Source of the DNA: a virus
Strand: one strand, 5' to 3'
Virus record (IMG/VR): IMGVR_UViG_3300012964_000002
Span: 25,427-89,426 of that record
DNA: 64,000 bases
Within the stretch, counting starts at the first letter, position 1, and every line of letters starts with the position of its first letter. The notes below the pieces were generated by a model that saw nothing but the letters and a program-made list of their open reading frames with translations, was not told the origin of the DNA and did not search any database. Below are positions 9,608 to 17,691 of this stretch, piece by piece. The position numbers and the translations under genes are program-made.

Positions 9608-10377
9608 CCGGGGCTCTCCCGCGCTACCCCGTGTACGTGCTCTCCAAGGGCAGGAGCGACCGCTGCCTGACGGCGAGGTTCCTGCTCCGCGACGGGGTGC
9701 CGTTCATCATCGCCGTGGAGCCGCACGAGGCCGACCTGTACGCCGCGGAGTTCGGGCGCGAGCGCCTGCTGATTCTCCCCTTCCGCGACGCCGGGACCGC
9801 CACGCCCGCGAGGAACGCCGTCAAGGAGCGCTCCGTCGCGGCTGGCGACGCGAGGCACTGGCAGCTCGACGACAACATCCGAGGAATCCGAGGCTACGTC
9901 GACGGCAAGCGCGTCCGGGTGAGGGGCGGGCCGGCGCTCCGCGAGGTCGAGGAGCTGGTGGACGGCTACGAGAACGTGGGCATCGCGGGCCTTCAGCACA
10001 CCGTCTTCCAGGACCGCTCGCGGCCGTTCCTCGTGAACCGTCAGGTCTACTCGTGCGTGCTGGTGGACAACCGTCTGCCGTTCCGCTGGCGCGGGGTGGC
10101 GCACCACGACACCGACTACTCTCTTCAGGTGCTCGTGGCCGGCCACTGCACGATCCTCGTCTGCGCCTTCGGCATCGAGAAGGCACAGACCATGTCGATG
10201 AAGGGCGGGATGACCGACGCCTACCTGGGCGACGGGAAGCTGCGGAAGGCCCACGAGATCCAGCGGCGGTGGCCCGGGCGCGGCATCAAGATCGTGCGGC
10301 GCAACGGCGTCCCAAGCGCCAGCATGGGGCGCGTCTGGTCGAAGTTCACCACCCCGCTGCGCCCGAGGTCCCCGTGA
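9604..10377 (+). CDS. TAGT/GREB1-like DNA glycosyltransferase, paralog 1
   Basis: YPVYVLSKGR, HWQLDDNI, YSCVLVDN, WRG..HHDTDYSLQVL, MKGG. Confidence 0.8.
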   Translation: MTGALPRYPVYVLSKGRSDRCLTARFLLRDGVPFIIAVEPHEADLYAAEFGRERLLILPFRDAGTATPARNAVKERSVAAGDARHWQLDDNIRGIRGYVDGKRVRVRGGPALREVEELVDGYENVGIAGLQHTVFQDRSRPFLVNRQVYSCVLVDNRLPFRWRGVAHHDTDYSLQVLVAGHCTILVCAFGIEKAQTMSMKGGMTDAYLGDGKLRKAHEIQRRWPGRGIKIVRRNGVPSASMGRVWSKFTTPLRPRSP

Positions 10378-11261
10378 CGCTCCCGCGCTACCCGGTGTAC
10401 GTGATCTCGAAGGGGCGGCATGACTGCTGCCTGACCGCCCGCGCGTTCGTGAAGGATGGGGTGCCCTTCCGCCTGGTGGTGGAGCCGCAGGAGCGGGAGC
10501 TGTACGCGCGGGAGTTCGGGGGCGGCCCGCTGCTGGTGACGCCCTTCTCGAACCTCGGCCTGGGCTCGATCCCCGTCCGCAACTTTGTCTGGGAGCACGC
10601 GAAGGCTTCCGGCGCGGAGCGGCACTGGATCTTCGACGACAACATCTCCGGCATCTGGCGCCGCTGGAAGGCGCGGAAGATCCGGTGCGAGGCCGGCGTC
10701 GCGCTCGCCGCCTCCGAAGACTTCGTCGACCGCTACGAGAACGTCGCGATCGCGGGCCTCAACTACTACATGTTCTCGGTGAACAAGACGAAGCAGCCGC
10801 CCTTCTACCTGAACGTCCACGTCTACTCGGCGCTGCTGATCCTGAACGACCTGCCGTTCCGCTGGCGCGGCCGCTACAACGAGGACACCGACCTCTGCCT
10901 CCAGGTGCTCTCCGCCGGCTGGTGCACGGTCCTCTTCAACGCCTTCCTCGCGTGGAAGATGACGACCATGACGATGAAGGGCGGGAACGCGGCCGAGCTC
11001 TACAAGGGCGACGGGCGCCTCAAGATGGCGCGGTCGCTCGAGCGGGCGTGGCCGGGCGTCGTCACGACGCGGCGCCGCTTCCGCCGCCCGCAGCACGTCG
11101 TGAAGGGAGCGTGGCGCGGGTTCGACACGCCGCTCAAGCTCAGGCCGGGCGTGGACCTTTCCGCGCTTCCGAAGGTGGACGAGCGGGGGATGGAGATCGT
11201 CCGCGTGAAGGAGATCCGGAGCGCGGAGCTCAGGCAGATGGTCGAGGAGCGGGAGAGGTGA
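10374..11261 (+). CDS. TAGT/GREB1-like DNA glycosyltransferase, paralog 2
   Basis: YPVYVISKGR, HWIFDDNI, WRGRYNEDTDLCLQVL, MKGGN. Confidence 0.85.
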   Translation: MTLPRYPVYVISKGRHDCCLTARAFVKDGVPFRLVVEPQERELYAREFGGGPLLVTPFSNLGLGSIPVRNFVWEHAKASGAERHWIFDDNISGIWRRWKARKIRCEAGVALAASEDFVDRYENVAIAGLNYYMFSVNKTKQPPFYLNVHVYSALLILNDLPFRWRGRYNEDTDLCLQVLSAGWCTVLFNAFLAWKMTTMTMKGGNAAELYKGDGRLKMARSLERAWPGVVTTRRRFRRPQHVVKGAWRGFDTPLKLRPGVDLSALPKVDERGMEIVRVKEIRSAELRQMVEERER

Positions 11262-11494
11262 GCTGGATTTCGCTGAGCGACGCGGCCGACCGCCTGGGGC
11301 TGCTCCCCGACGAGCTTTCCAAGATGATGCTCGTCACGCACCGGAACGGCACGTCCTTGGTGATGCATCCTCCGCGCAAGTGCTTCAGCGGCAAGATCCG
11401 GGTGACGCACGGGCCGCGCGTGTGGGAACCAGACTTGGAGCCGTGGGCCGCGGAAAGGGCGGCGGGGCTGATCCCGTGGGGAACAATCTCGTGA
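11258..11494 (+). CDS. Xis/MerR-like HTH family paralog
   Basis: SWISLSDAADRLGL...RVWEPDLEPWAAERAAGLI. Confidence 0.7.
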   Translation: MSWISLSDAADRLGLLPDELSKMMLVTHRNGTSLVMHPPRKCFSGKIRVTHGPRVWEPDLEPWAAERAAGLIPWGTIS

Positions 11495-11994
11495 GCGGGC
11501 TCCGTCCTCTTCGTCCTGTGCTGGTCGGGCAGGCGCCCGGGCCGGGCGGCGCCCCGCTCGGCCCGCTGCGGGGCGGGCGCGTCGGGCGCCGCCTCGCGGA
11601 CGCGGCGGGGCTTCCGGAGGAGCGGCTCGCGGAGGTCTTCGAGCTGTGGAACCTCCTCGGCGCCTGGCCGGGCCGCGCCGGCGAGAAGGGGGACCGCTTC
11701 CCGCTCCCGGCCGCCCGCGCGGCCGCGGCGCGCCTGCTGCCTCTCCTTGACGGGCACCACGTCGTCCTGCTGGGGTGGAACGTCGAGCGTGCGTTCGGGC
11801 TGGGAATCGAGGCGCCGCTCCGCTGGCTGCAGCACGAGTGGGCGGAGGGCGAGATGCTGGTCGCCGTTCTGCCCCACCCGTCGGGCGTGAACCTCTGGTG
11901 GAACCGGGCGGAGAACGTCGCGGCGGCGCGCGTGTTCATGCGCGGGCTCGTCGAGCACGCCGCCGACCTGCGCGAGGGCGCGCCCCGTGCTTGA
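11491..11994 (+). CDS. Uracil-DNA glycosylase-like protein
   Basis: LVGQAPG motif 1; VVLLG; VLPHPSGVNLWWN motif 2. Confidence 0.8.
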   Translation: MSGLRPLRPVLVGQAPGPGGAPLGPLRGGRVGRRLADAAGLPEERLAEVFELWNLLGAWPGRAGEKGDRFPLPAARAAAARLLPLLDGHHVVLLGWNVERAFGLGIEAPLRWLQHEWAEGEMLVAVLPHPSGVNLWWNRAENVAAARVFMRGLVEHAADLREGAPRA

Positions 11995-12775
11995 CGTCCT
12001 GCTCGACGCGGGGAAGGGGCAGGGAGCCGTCGTTGTCCACGGCGACGGGATGGAGCTGCTCCGCGCGCGCCCCGACCGATCCGCCGGCCTCGTCCTGACC
12101 GACCCTCCCTACGACCCGCGGACGCACGAGGGGGCGCGCACGAACCGGGAGGGGGCGGGCGACAAGTCGCCCATCCTGTTCGCGCCGTTCTCCGAGGAGC
12201 AGGTGCGCGAGCTGGCGCGCGAGGCGTGCCGCGTCACCCGCGCCTGGGTGGTGATGACGCTGGAGTACAGGATGGCCGTCCACTTGGAGGACGACCCGCC
12301 GCCGGGCGTGCGGTTCGTGCGCCTGGGGATCTGGGACAAGCTCCGCACCGGCGCGCCCCAGAAGTCGGGTGACCGCCCCGGGATGGGGTACGAGGCGGTC
12401 GCGATCCTCCACCGCGACGACGTCGGTCGGATGCGCTGGAACGGGCACGGGCGTGACGCGGTCTTCCGCCACGCCGTCGTGCGCGGCGGGCACCCCACGG
12501 AGAAGCCGGTCGGCCTGGGCGTCGAGCTCGTGCGGCTGTTCTCCGACCCGGGCGACGAGGTGATCGATCCCTTCTGCGGCTCCGGCGCGTTCTTGGAGGC
12601 CGCGAAGGTGGAGGGACGTCGCGCGGTCGGCGTCGAGCTCGACCTGGCGTGGGCCAGGAGGGCGGCGCGCCGGCTCTCCCAGGCGGTCATCGCCGCGCCC
12701 GCGGCGCCCCGCGCTGAGCAGCCCGATCTCCTCGTGGTGCCTCGGACGAGGCGCCCCCGTGCCGCCCTTCCTTGA
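11987..12775 (+). CDS. DNA N6-adenine/N4-cytosine methyltransferase (beta class)
   Basis: TDPPY, HPTEKP, IDPFCGSG order. Confidence 0.92.
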   Translation: MLDVLLDAGKGQGAVVVHGDGMELLRARPDRSAGLVLTDPPYDPRTHEGARTNREGAGDKSPILFAPFSEEQVRELAREACRVTRAWVVMTLEYRMAVHLEDDPPPGVRFVRLGIWDKLRTGAPQKSGDRPGMGYEAVAILHRDDVGRMRWNGHGRDAVFRHAVVRGGHPTEKPVGLGVELVRLFSDPGDEVIDPFCGSGAFLEAAKVEGRRAVGVELDLAWARRAARRLSQAVIAAPAAPRAEQPDLLVVPRTRRPRAALP

Positions 12776-12799
12776 CTTGTCAGAGGTCTCGGCTATGTT
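12772..12799 (+). promoter_or_regulatory. Putative sigma70-type promoter
   Basis: TTGACT-N16-TATGTT in a locally AT-richer patch ahead of the HNH/HTH array. Confidence 0.5.
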
Positions 12800-12814
12800 G
12801 GTGATGTGCTCGCC

Positions 12815-13006
12815 ATGGGTGCCACCGTCTCCAGCTCCGCGCTTCCGCGCCTCCGCCTCGTGCCGAACGATCTCGAGGCGCGCCCGCACAACCCGCTGGC
12901 GCCGCTCGCGCACGTCGCGTTCTGCTACCGCTGCGCCCTCTTCTGCGTCCCGCTCGGGACGAAGGAGCGCTGCCCGGAGTGCCAGATGGTGTACCCGCGG
13001 GAATAG
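12815..13006 (+). CDS. Small zinc-ribbon protein
   Basis: CYRC...CPEC. Confidence 0.55.
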   Translation: MGATVSSSALPRLRLVPNDLEARPHNPLAPLAHVAFCYRCALFCVPLGTKERCPECQMVYPRE

Positions 13007-13033
13007 CGGCACGTTCCGGGCAAGTCTCAGTCC

Positions 13034-13516
13034 ATGAGCCTGCGTCGGAAGCACGGGCACTCTTACGGTTCTGACGGCAAGCCGTCCCGCACGTACAAGA
13101 GCTGGCAGGCCATGATCGAGCGGTGCACGCGGCCGGCGCACCACGCGTGGTCTAACTACGGGGGGCGCGGAATCGAGGTCTGCGAGCGATGGCGCTCCTT
13201 CGAGGCGTTCCTCGCCGACATGGGCGAACGTCCCGTCGGGAAGACGCTGGACCGCTACCCCAACCGTGACGGAAACTACGAGCCCGGCAACTGCCGGTGG
13301 GCGACGTGGGCTGAGCAGCGTAGCAACTCCAGGCAGAACCACATGCTGACGTTCCGGGGTGAGGAGTGCACGCTTACGGAGTGGTCTCGGCGCGTCGACA
13401 TTGGCAAGTCCACAATACGGCAGCGCTTGCTGAAGGGGTGGAGCGTGGAGGCCGCGCTGACGACGGCACCGTTGCCGCACGAGCACTGCGGTAGCATCAG
13501 AAAGCGGACGTCGTGA
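13034..13516 (+). CDS. HNH homing endonuclease-like protein
   Basis: YKSWQAMIERC...YGGRGIEVCERW...TLDR..NRDGNYEPGNCRWAT. Confidence 0.9.
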   Translation: MSLRRKHGHSYGSDGKPSRTYKSWQAMIERCTRPAHHAWSNYGGRGIEVCERWRSFEAFLADMGERPVGKTLDRYPNRDGNYEPGNCRWATWAEQRSNSRQNHMLTFRGEECTLTEWSRRVDIGKSTIRQRLLKGWSVEAALTTAPLPHEHCGSIRKRTS

Positions 13517-13842
13517 GGCAGCGCGGGGCCGTCGTCGGGCGTCTCCCGCGCGGGTGGGTATCGTTGGACGCAGCGGCCGCGCTCCTCTGCATGGAGCCGT
13601 GGCAGTTCTATAAGTGCCTGAGCGACCGCGAGATTTCATTTTACCCGCGGGGGGTTTCGCACTACCGCTGGGGCGCCGCCAACCTGCTCAACCGCCTGCC
13701 CGCGCTCGAGCTCGTAGGCTGGCGCGGCAGCAGGCACCTGTACGACTGGAACACGCGCGAGCACCGCGCGACGCACGTGCGGAGGCGCGCCGTCGTGGAG
13801 TGGATCGCGCTGCGCGCAGCGCGGCTGCTCTCAGCCGGCTGA
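13513..13842 (+). CDS. HTH family paralog
   Basis: GWVSLDAAAALLC...ATHVRRRAVVEWIALRAARLLS. Confidence 0.7.
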   Translation: MRQRGAVVGRLPRGWVSLDAAAALLCMEPWQFYKCLSDREISFYPRGVSHYRWGAANLLNRLPALELVGWRGSRHLYDWNTREHRATHVRRRAVVEWIALRAARLLSAG

Positions 13843-13874
13843 GAATGCGCGGCGCGGAGGGCAAGACCTCGGGC

Positions 13875-14096
13875 GTGACCGACGACGGATGGATCCCGCT
13901 CGAGGAGGCCGCGGAGCGCGCCGGGTTTGCCGACAAGAACGACCTCCTGCGTTCGCTCCCGTCCGTCCTCTTCGACGACGCCAGCATGGACCAGGGGCCG
14001 ACGGAGATCCTCGCAAGCTACCTGGAAAACTGGATGGCGCGCCGCGTCGTCCTGATGCTAGAAGTCGACGCTCCGGCGGTGAGGTCCCGTGGCTGA
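13875..14096 (+). CDS. HTH family paralog, short form
   Basis: GWIPLEEAAERAGF...LENWMARRVVLML; alternative ATG at 13845. Confidence 0.65.
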   Translation: MTDDGWIPLEEAAERAGFADKNDLLRSLPSVLFDDASMDQGPTEILASYLENWMARRVVLMLEVDAPAVRSRG

Positions 14097-14505
14097 CGAG
14101 TGGATCACGCTGGAGGAGGCGGCCGACGTCCTCCGGACCACGGTCGGGGACCTGGCAACGGAGCTGTCTCGCTCTGGATCCCTGCTGTCGAGTGGGCAGC
14201 TTCCGCCGTCTGTCGAGCTCACGCCGGCGTGGCCGAACGTGCGTGTGTGGCACATCTGGACGCCCAAAGGGATCGGTGCGCAGGGCAACCGGTTCGACGA
14301 GGTCAGCCTGCGGTCGCGCTCGCTCGGCGCGTTCAAGGCCACGCACGTCCACTCCGGGGACCTCGAGGTGTGGGCCGCCGACCGCGCCGCGCGCCTCGTG
14401 AGCACGTGCAAGGTGTGCTTCGGAAAGGGGTTCGTTCCGTCGAAGCCGCCGATGCGAGCGGTGGTTCCGTGCCCGATGTGCGGCGGATCGGCCAGGCGAC
14501 CGTGA
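14089..14505 (+). CDS. HTH family paralog with C-terminal DnaJ-like zinc finger
   Basis: EWITLEEAADVL...ATHVHSGDLEVWAADRAARLVS CKVCFGKG...CPMCGG. Confidence 0.75.
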   Translation: MADEWITLEEAADVLRTTVGDLATELSRSGSLLSSGQLPPSVELTPAWPNVRVWHIWTPKGIGAQGNRFDEVSLRSRSLGAFKATHVHSGDLEVWAADRAARLVSTCKVCFGKGFVPSKPPMRAVVPCPMCGGSARRP

Positions 14506-14855
14506 GCGAGTGGCTCACCGTGAAGGCGGCCGCGCGGGAGGCCGGGTACATCGACTGGGTAGACCTCGTGTTCGACCTGGAGAGCTCGCTCGCGCCGCCG
14601 GGCATGATCTTCGACGTCTCGCTGGTGAAGACGGAGCTGCGCCGCGGGGTGGAGCAGTTCACCGGCACGTACCGGTGGAGCCCTTATGGGCCCAAGACGT
14701 TCATGTTCTCGCACCTGCACGCGGAGGACTTCAGCGCGTGGGTGGCGCGTCGCGCGGAGCGCATGCTGTCGAGCCGGTGCCGCCGATGCGGGGGAACTGG
14801 CCAGGTTGTCAACCAGGGGATCCGGGAGAGGTGCGAGTGCCGCGGCCTTCGATGA
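14502..14855 (+). CDS. HTH family paralog with zinc finger
   Basis: EWLTVKAAAREAG...SHLHAEDFSAWVARRAERMLS CRRCGGTG...CEC. Confidence 0.75.
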   Translation: MSEWLTVKAAAREAGYIDWVDLVFDLESSLAPPGMIFDVSLVKTELRRGVEQFTGTYRWSPYGPKTFMFSHLHAEDFSAWVARRAERMLSSRCRRCGGTGQVVNQGIRERCECRGLR

Positions 14856-15274
14856 TCTTCTCGTTCGACGAGGGAATGTGGCTGCGCTGCGTGTCGCCGA
14901 AGACGCCGTGGCACCGCCACGACGAGGGGATGTGGCTGTCGGAAGCGCGCGCGGCCGAGCTGCTCGACCTCGGCGACTGCGGGTGCCGAGGTGAGTGGAG
15001 GTGCGGGCCGTGGCCGAGGCACGCGCGGATGGCGGAGACGAGTCCCTTCAACGGGCGAGAGCTGGCCTTCCCGAAGGGGGTTGGCGGACCTCCGGAGCTG
15101 CGGTTCGCCTGGCAGCGCCGCGACGCTCTCGGACGCTGGAAGCCGCCCGGAGACGACTCCTACTTTTGGCGTCCGGACGTCGAGCGGTTCGTCGCGTGGT
15201 ACGTGGAGCACCTGGCGGAGCAGTCGGCGCGGTTGCTGTCGAACGGCGGATCGGAAGAGGAGCTGGCCGGGTGA
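14852..15274 (+). CDS. HTH family paralog
   Basis: MWLSEARAAELLDL...FWRPDVERFV...AEQSARLLS. Confidence 0.65.
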   Translation: MIFSFDEGMWLRCVSPKTPWHRHDEGMWLSEARAAELLDLGDCGCRGEWRCGPWPRHARMAETSPFNGRELAFPKGVGGPPELRFAWQRRDALGRWKPPGDDSYFWRPDVERFVAWYVEHLAEQSARLLSNGGSEEELAG

Positions 15275-15537
15275 GCGCGAGCCACGAGCACGCCGGGACG
15301 TTGATGCTTCGCGTCGTTCTCGCCACCGCCAGAGGTTCCACGGAGCGTTGGCCGTCCGACACCTTCGTGGAGGAGATGACGGTGTGTGCGGAGTGCGGCG
15401 CGCTGTTCGTGCCGCCGGACCAGATCGAGGAGGTCGCCGCGCGCGCGTCGGAGCGCATCCTGCGCGACCGTCAGCAGCAGGTTCCCCGGACGGAGCACGA
15501 ATCGACCGCGTCCGTCGGCCCTTGGAAGCGGCGATGA
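15271..15537 (+). CDS. Hypothetical protein with CxxC
   Basis: Coupled ORF; CAECG; EEVAARASERIL. Confidence 0.55.
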   Translation: MSASHEHAGTLMLRVVLATARGSTERWPSDTFVEEMTVCAECGALFVPPDQIEEVAARASERILRDRQQQVPRTEHESTASVGPWKRR

Positions 15538-15854
15538 CCGGCTGGCTGACCGTCAGGAAGGCGGCGGAGCGCGCGGGGCTTTCCCCAGAGGCGATGGCCG
15601 GCCTGCTGCTGGGGTACGCACCACTGCTTGAGCTCAGGGGGCCGGAGGGGAAGCCGCTGTTCTCCGACGTCGACCGCTTCCTCGTGCGCGAGCGGGACGT
15701 GGATCGCGTGCTCGCCGACGGCGCCGCGCGAATGATGTCGTCGTGCAGGGTGTGCAGCGACACGGGGTCCGTCACGGTGGAGGACATGAACGGGCCGCCC
15801 TACTCGGTGCTGTGCCCGAGCTGCCGTCCTGACAGGGGGTCGGCGTGGCGGTGA
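15534..15854 (+). CDS. HTH family paralog with zinc finger
   Basis: GWLTVRKAAERAGLS...VRERDVDRVLADGAARMMS CRVC...CPSC. Confidence 0.75.
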   Translation: MTGWLTVRKAAERAGLSPEAMAGLLLGYAPLLELRGPEGKPLFSDVDRFLVRERDVDRVLADGAARMMSSCRVCSDTGSVTVEDMNGPPYSVLCPSCRPDRGSAWR

Positions 15855-16345
15855 ACGTCGATCTCGAGCTCTGGGTGCCACTCGACGAGGCGAGCGAGCT
15901 TCTCGCCTTGGACCTGGCGCGGGAGCTGGGGGACTCGCTGAACGGTTGGGTGTGGTTCGCGCGGCACTTCGTTCTCGGGACGACGCCGCCGGACATGCGG
16001 AGGCCGGACGGGATGACGCTTCTGCTGGCCAACGTGCCTGGCGTGTCCGCCTGGCCGGTTCGCGTCAGAAAGGGGAACGTGCGACCCACGCCTTCGTGGG
16101 GCGGCGACGTGCTGGTCTGCATGGTCAGCCACGTGTGGAGAGGCGACGTCGACGTGTTCCTCGCGGAGCGCGCCGCCGCGCTGCTCGGGACGGGGGGCGT
16201 CGCGGTGAGGAGGGGGCGAACGCACTACTTCTGCCCGGTGTGCCAGACGAACGTGATGCCGGTCCTGATTGGAATAACCAGGGTGAACCTGCCGCCCGCG
16301 TGCTTTCGGTGCGGCGCGCGGTTCATCGGGGCGGAGCGCGGGTGA
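15851..16345 (+). CDS. HTH family paralog with zinc ribbon
   Basis: LWVPLDEASELLAL...VSHVWRGDVDVFLAERAAALLG...CPVC...CFRC. Confidence 0.75.
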   Translation: MNVDLELWVPLDEASELLALDLARELGDSLNGWVWFARHFVLGTTPPDMRRPDGMTLLLANVPGVSAWPVRVRKGNVRPTPSWGGDVLVCMVSHVWRGDVDVFLAERAAALLGTGGVAVRRGRTHYFCPVCQTNVMPVLIGITRVNLPPACFRCGARFIGAERG

Positions 16346-16689
16346 GCTGGGTGCCGATCGAGGAGGCGGCCGCCGCGCGCGGCCTGTCCGGCGGAGACCT
16401 CGCCGACGTGCTTCAGCATCGGGTGGTGGTCAGGAACAGAAGGAACGCCAGGCTTCGCGGCGAGACGTGGGCGCGCGGGATCGTCGCGGTGAAGGAGGGC
16501 AGGCTTGGCGTGCCGTGGTGGGCCGTCAAGACCGGCGACGACGTGGCCTTCGTGTCGCACGTCTGGGGCCCGGACGTGGACGGCGCCCTCGCCGCCGCGG
16601 CGGCCGAGCACCTCGAGGTGGACGCGCATCGCGCGCGCCTGGCCAAGGAGCTGAAGATGCTCCGCGAGAGCAAGACGAGGCGGCGGTGA
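16342..16689 (+). CDS. HTH family paralog
   Basis: SWVPIEEAAAARGLS...VSHVWGPDVDGALAAAAAEHL. Confidence 0.75.
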   Translation: MSWVPIEEAAAARGLSGGDLADVLQHRVVVRNRRNARLRGETWARGIVAVKEGRLGVPWWAVKTGDDVAFVSHVWGPDVDGALAAAAAEHLEVDAHRARLAKELKMLRESKTRRR

Positions 16690-17066
16690 GCTGGATCTCC
16701 TGGGACGAGGCGGCCGCGCGCGCCGGCGTGCCCGTCCTCGAGTTCGCGCGCTCCGTCGCGCGCACTTCCTGGACGGTCTCGTGGTCGATCTTTTCTCCGC
16801 AGGACCGGGCGTTCAAGCAGGCGACGTCGTACAGCTGCTGGACGCAGGACACGGTGCGCGCCGTCGTCGTGCGGGTGGTGTCGTTCGACGGCGACACCTC
16901 GCTCGAGGCCGTCGCCAGAAGGGAGCGCGACTCCGGGGTGTGGCGCGGGGCGGACGGGTGGGCCGGGTCCCTGCTCGACTCGACGCACCTGTGGGACGAG
17001 GACGTGAACAGGCTGGCGGCCATGCTCGCCGCCGAGCTCGTCGAGGACGGGGCGAGGGCGCGATGA
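16686..17066 (+). CDS. HTH family paralog
   Basis: SWISWDEAAARAGV...STHLWDEDVNRLAAMLAAELV. Confidence 0.75.
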   Translation: MSWISWDEAAARAGVPVLEFARSVARTSWTVSWSIFSPQDRAFKQATSYSCWTQDTVRAVVVRVVSFDGDTSLEAVARRERDSGVWRGADGWAGSLLDSTHLWDEDVNRLAAMLAAELVEDGARAR

Positions 17067-17522
17067 GCTGGGTGACCTTGGAAGAGGCGGCGGAGCGCCT
17101 CGGGCTGTCGAAGGAGGACTTCGCGCTGGAGCTGGCCGAGTCCGGCGCCGCCGAGCGCTGGTGGGCCAAGAGCGATCCGAAGAATCCGAATCTGTTCCGC
17201 GGGGCGCTGCGCGTGACGACCCGGCAGGGGCCGACCGTTTCCCTGAGGAAGGGGATGCACAGGGGCACGCGCCTCGGGGCGATCGCCGCCTCGCACGTCT
17301 GGGAGCCGGACCTCGAGCCCTGGGCCGCCTGGTGGGCCGCCGAGCAGCTCCGGGACCGCTCGCTCGACTACGTGGCCGACTTCGCCGACGGCGACCGGCT
17401 CGACAGGGTGGCGCGCGACTGGGGGGTTCCTGCGCCACCCCGGGGAGGACGACGTCGCCTTCCGCGGCCGCCTCGCCGCCGCCTCGGCCCTCTTCGCCGG
17501 AAAGGGGCCCGACGTCCCCTAG
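17063..17522 (+). CDS. HTH family paralog with apparent frameshift at a G6 run (17421-17426)
   Basis: SWVTLEEAAERLGLS...ASHVWEPDLEPWAAWWAAEQL; removing one G gives DWGFLRHPGEDDVAFRGRL...DVP* ending 17522. Confidence 0.6.
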
Positions 17523-17691
17523 CCCGGGCCGGCCGCCCCCGGAGGTTCCCGGCACCTCCCCGGCGCCCCGGGGAGCCTCGCGCCGCCCCGCCCCCCTCCT
17601 CCCGCCCCTCCCCGGGGAGGAAAGGCGCCCGCGCGGCCCGCCGGAACCTCCCCCTTGACCGCCGCCGCCCCTCGGAGGGAGAGTTTCCCGC

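Noticed and set aside
11258-17522. Diversity-generating retroelement or integron as the source of the variable array
   Set aside because: No reverse transcriptase, integrase, TR/VR nucleotide repeat pair or attC-like spacers seen; genes overlap directly.
17523-17690. C/G-run-rich intergenic stretch as origin or pac site
   Set aside because: Inverted repeats are present, but at extreme GC they are not distinguishable from chance; no iterons or AT-rich unwinding element.
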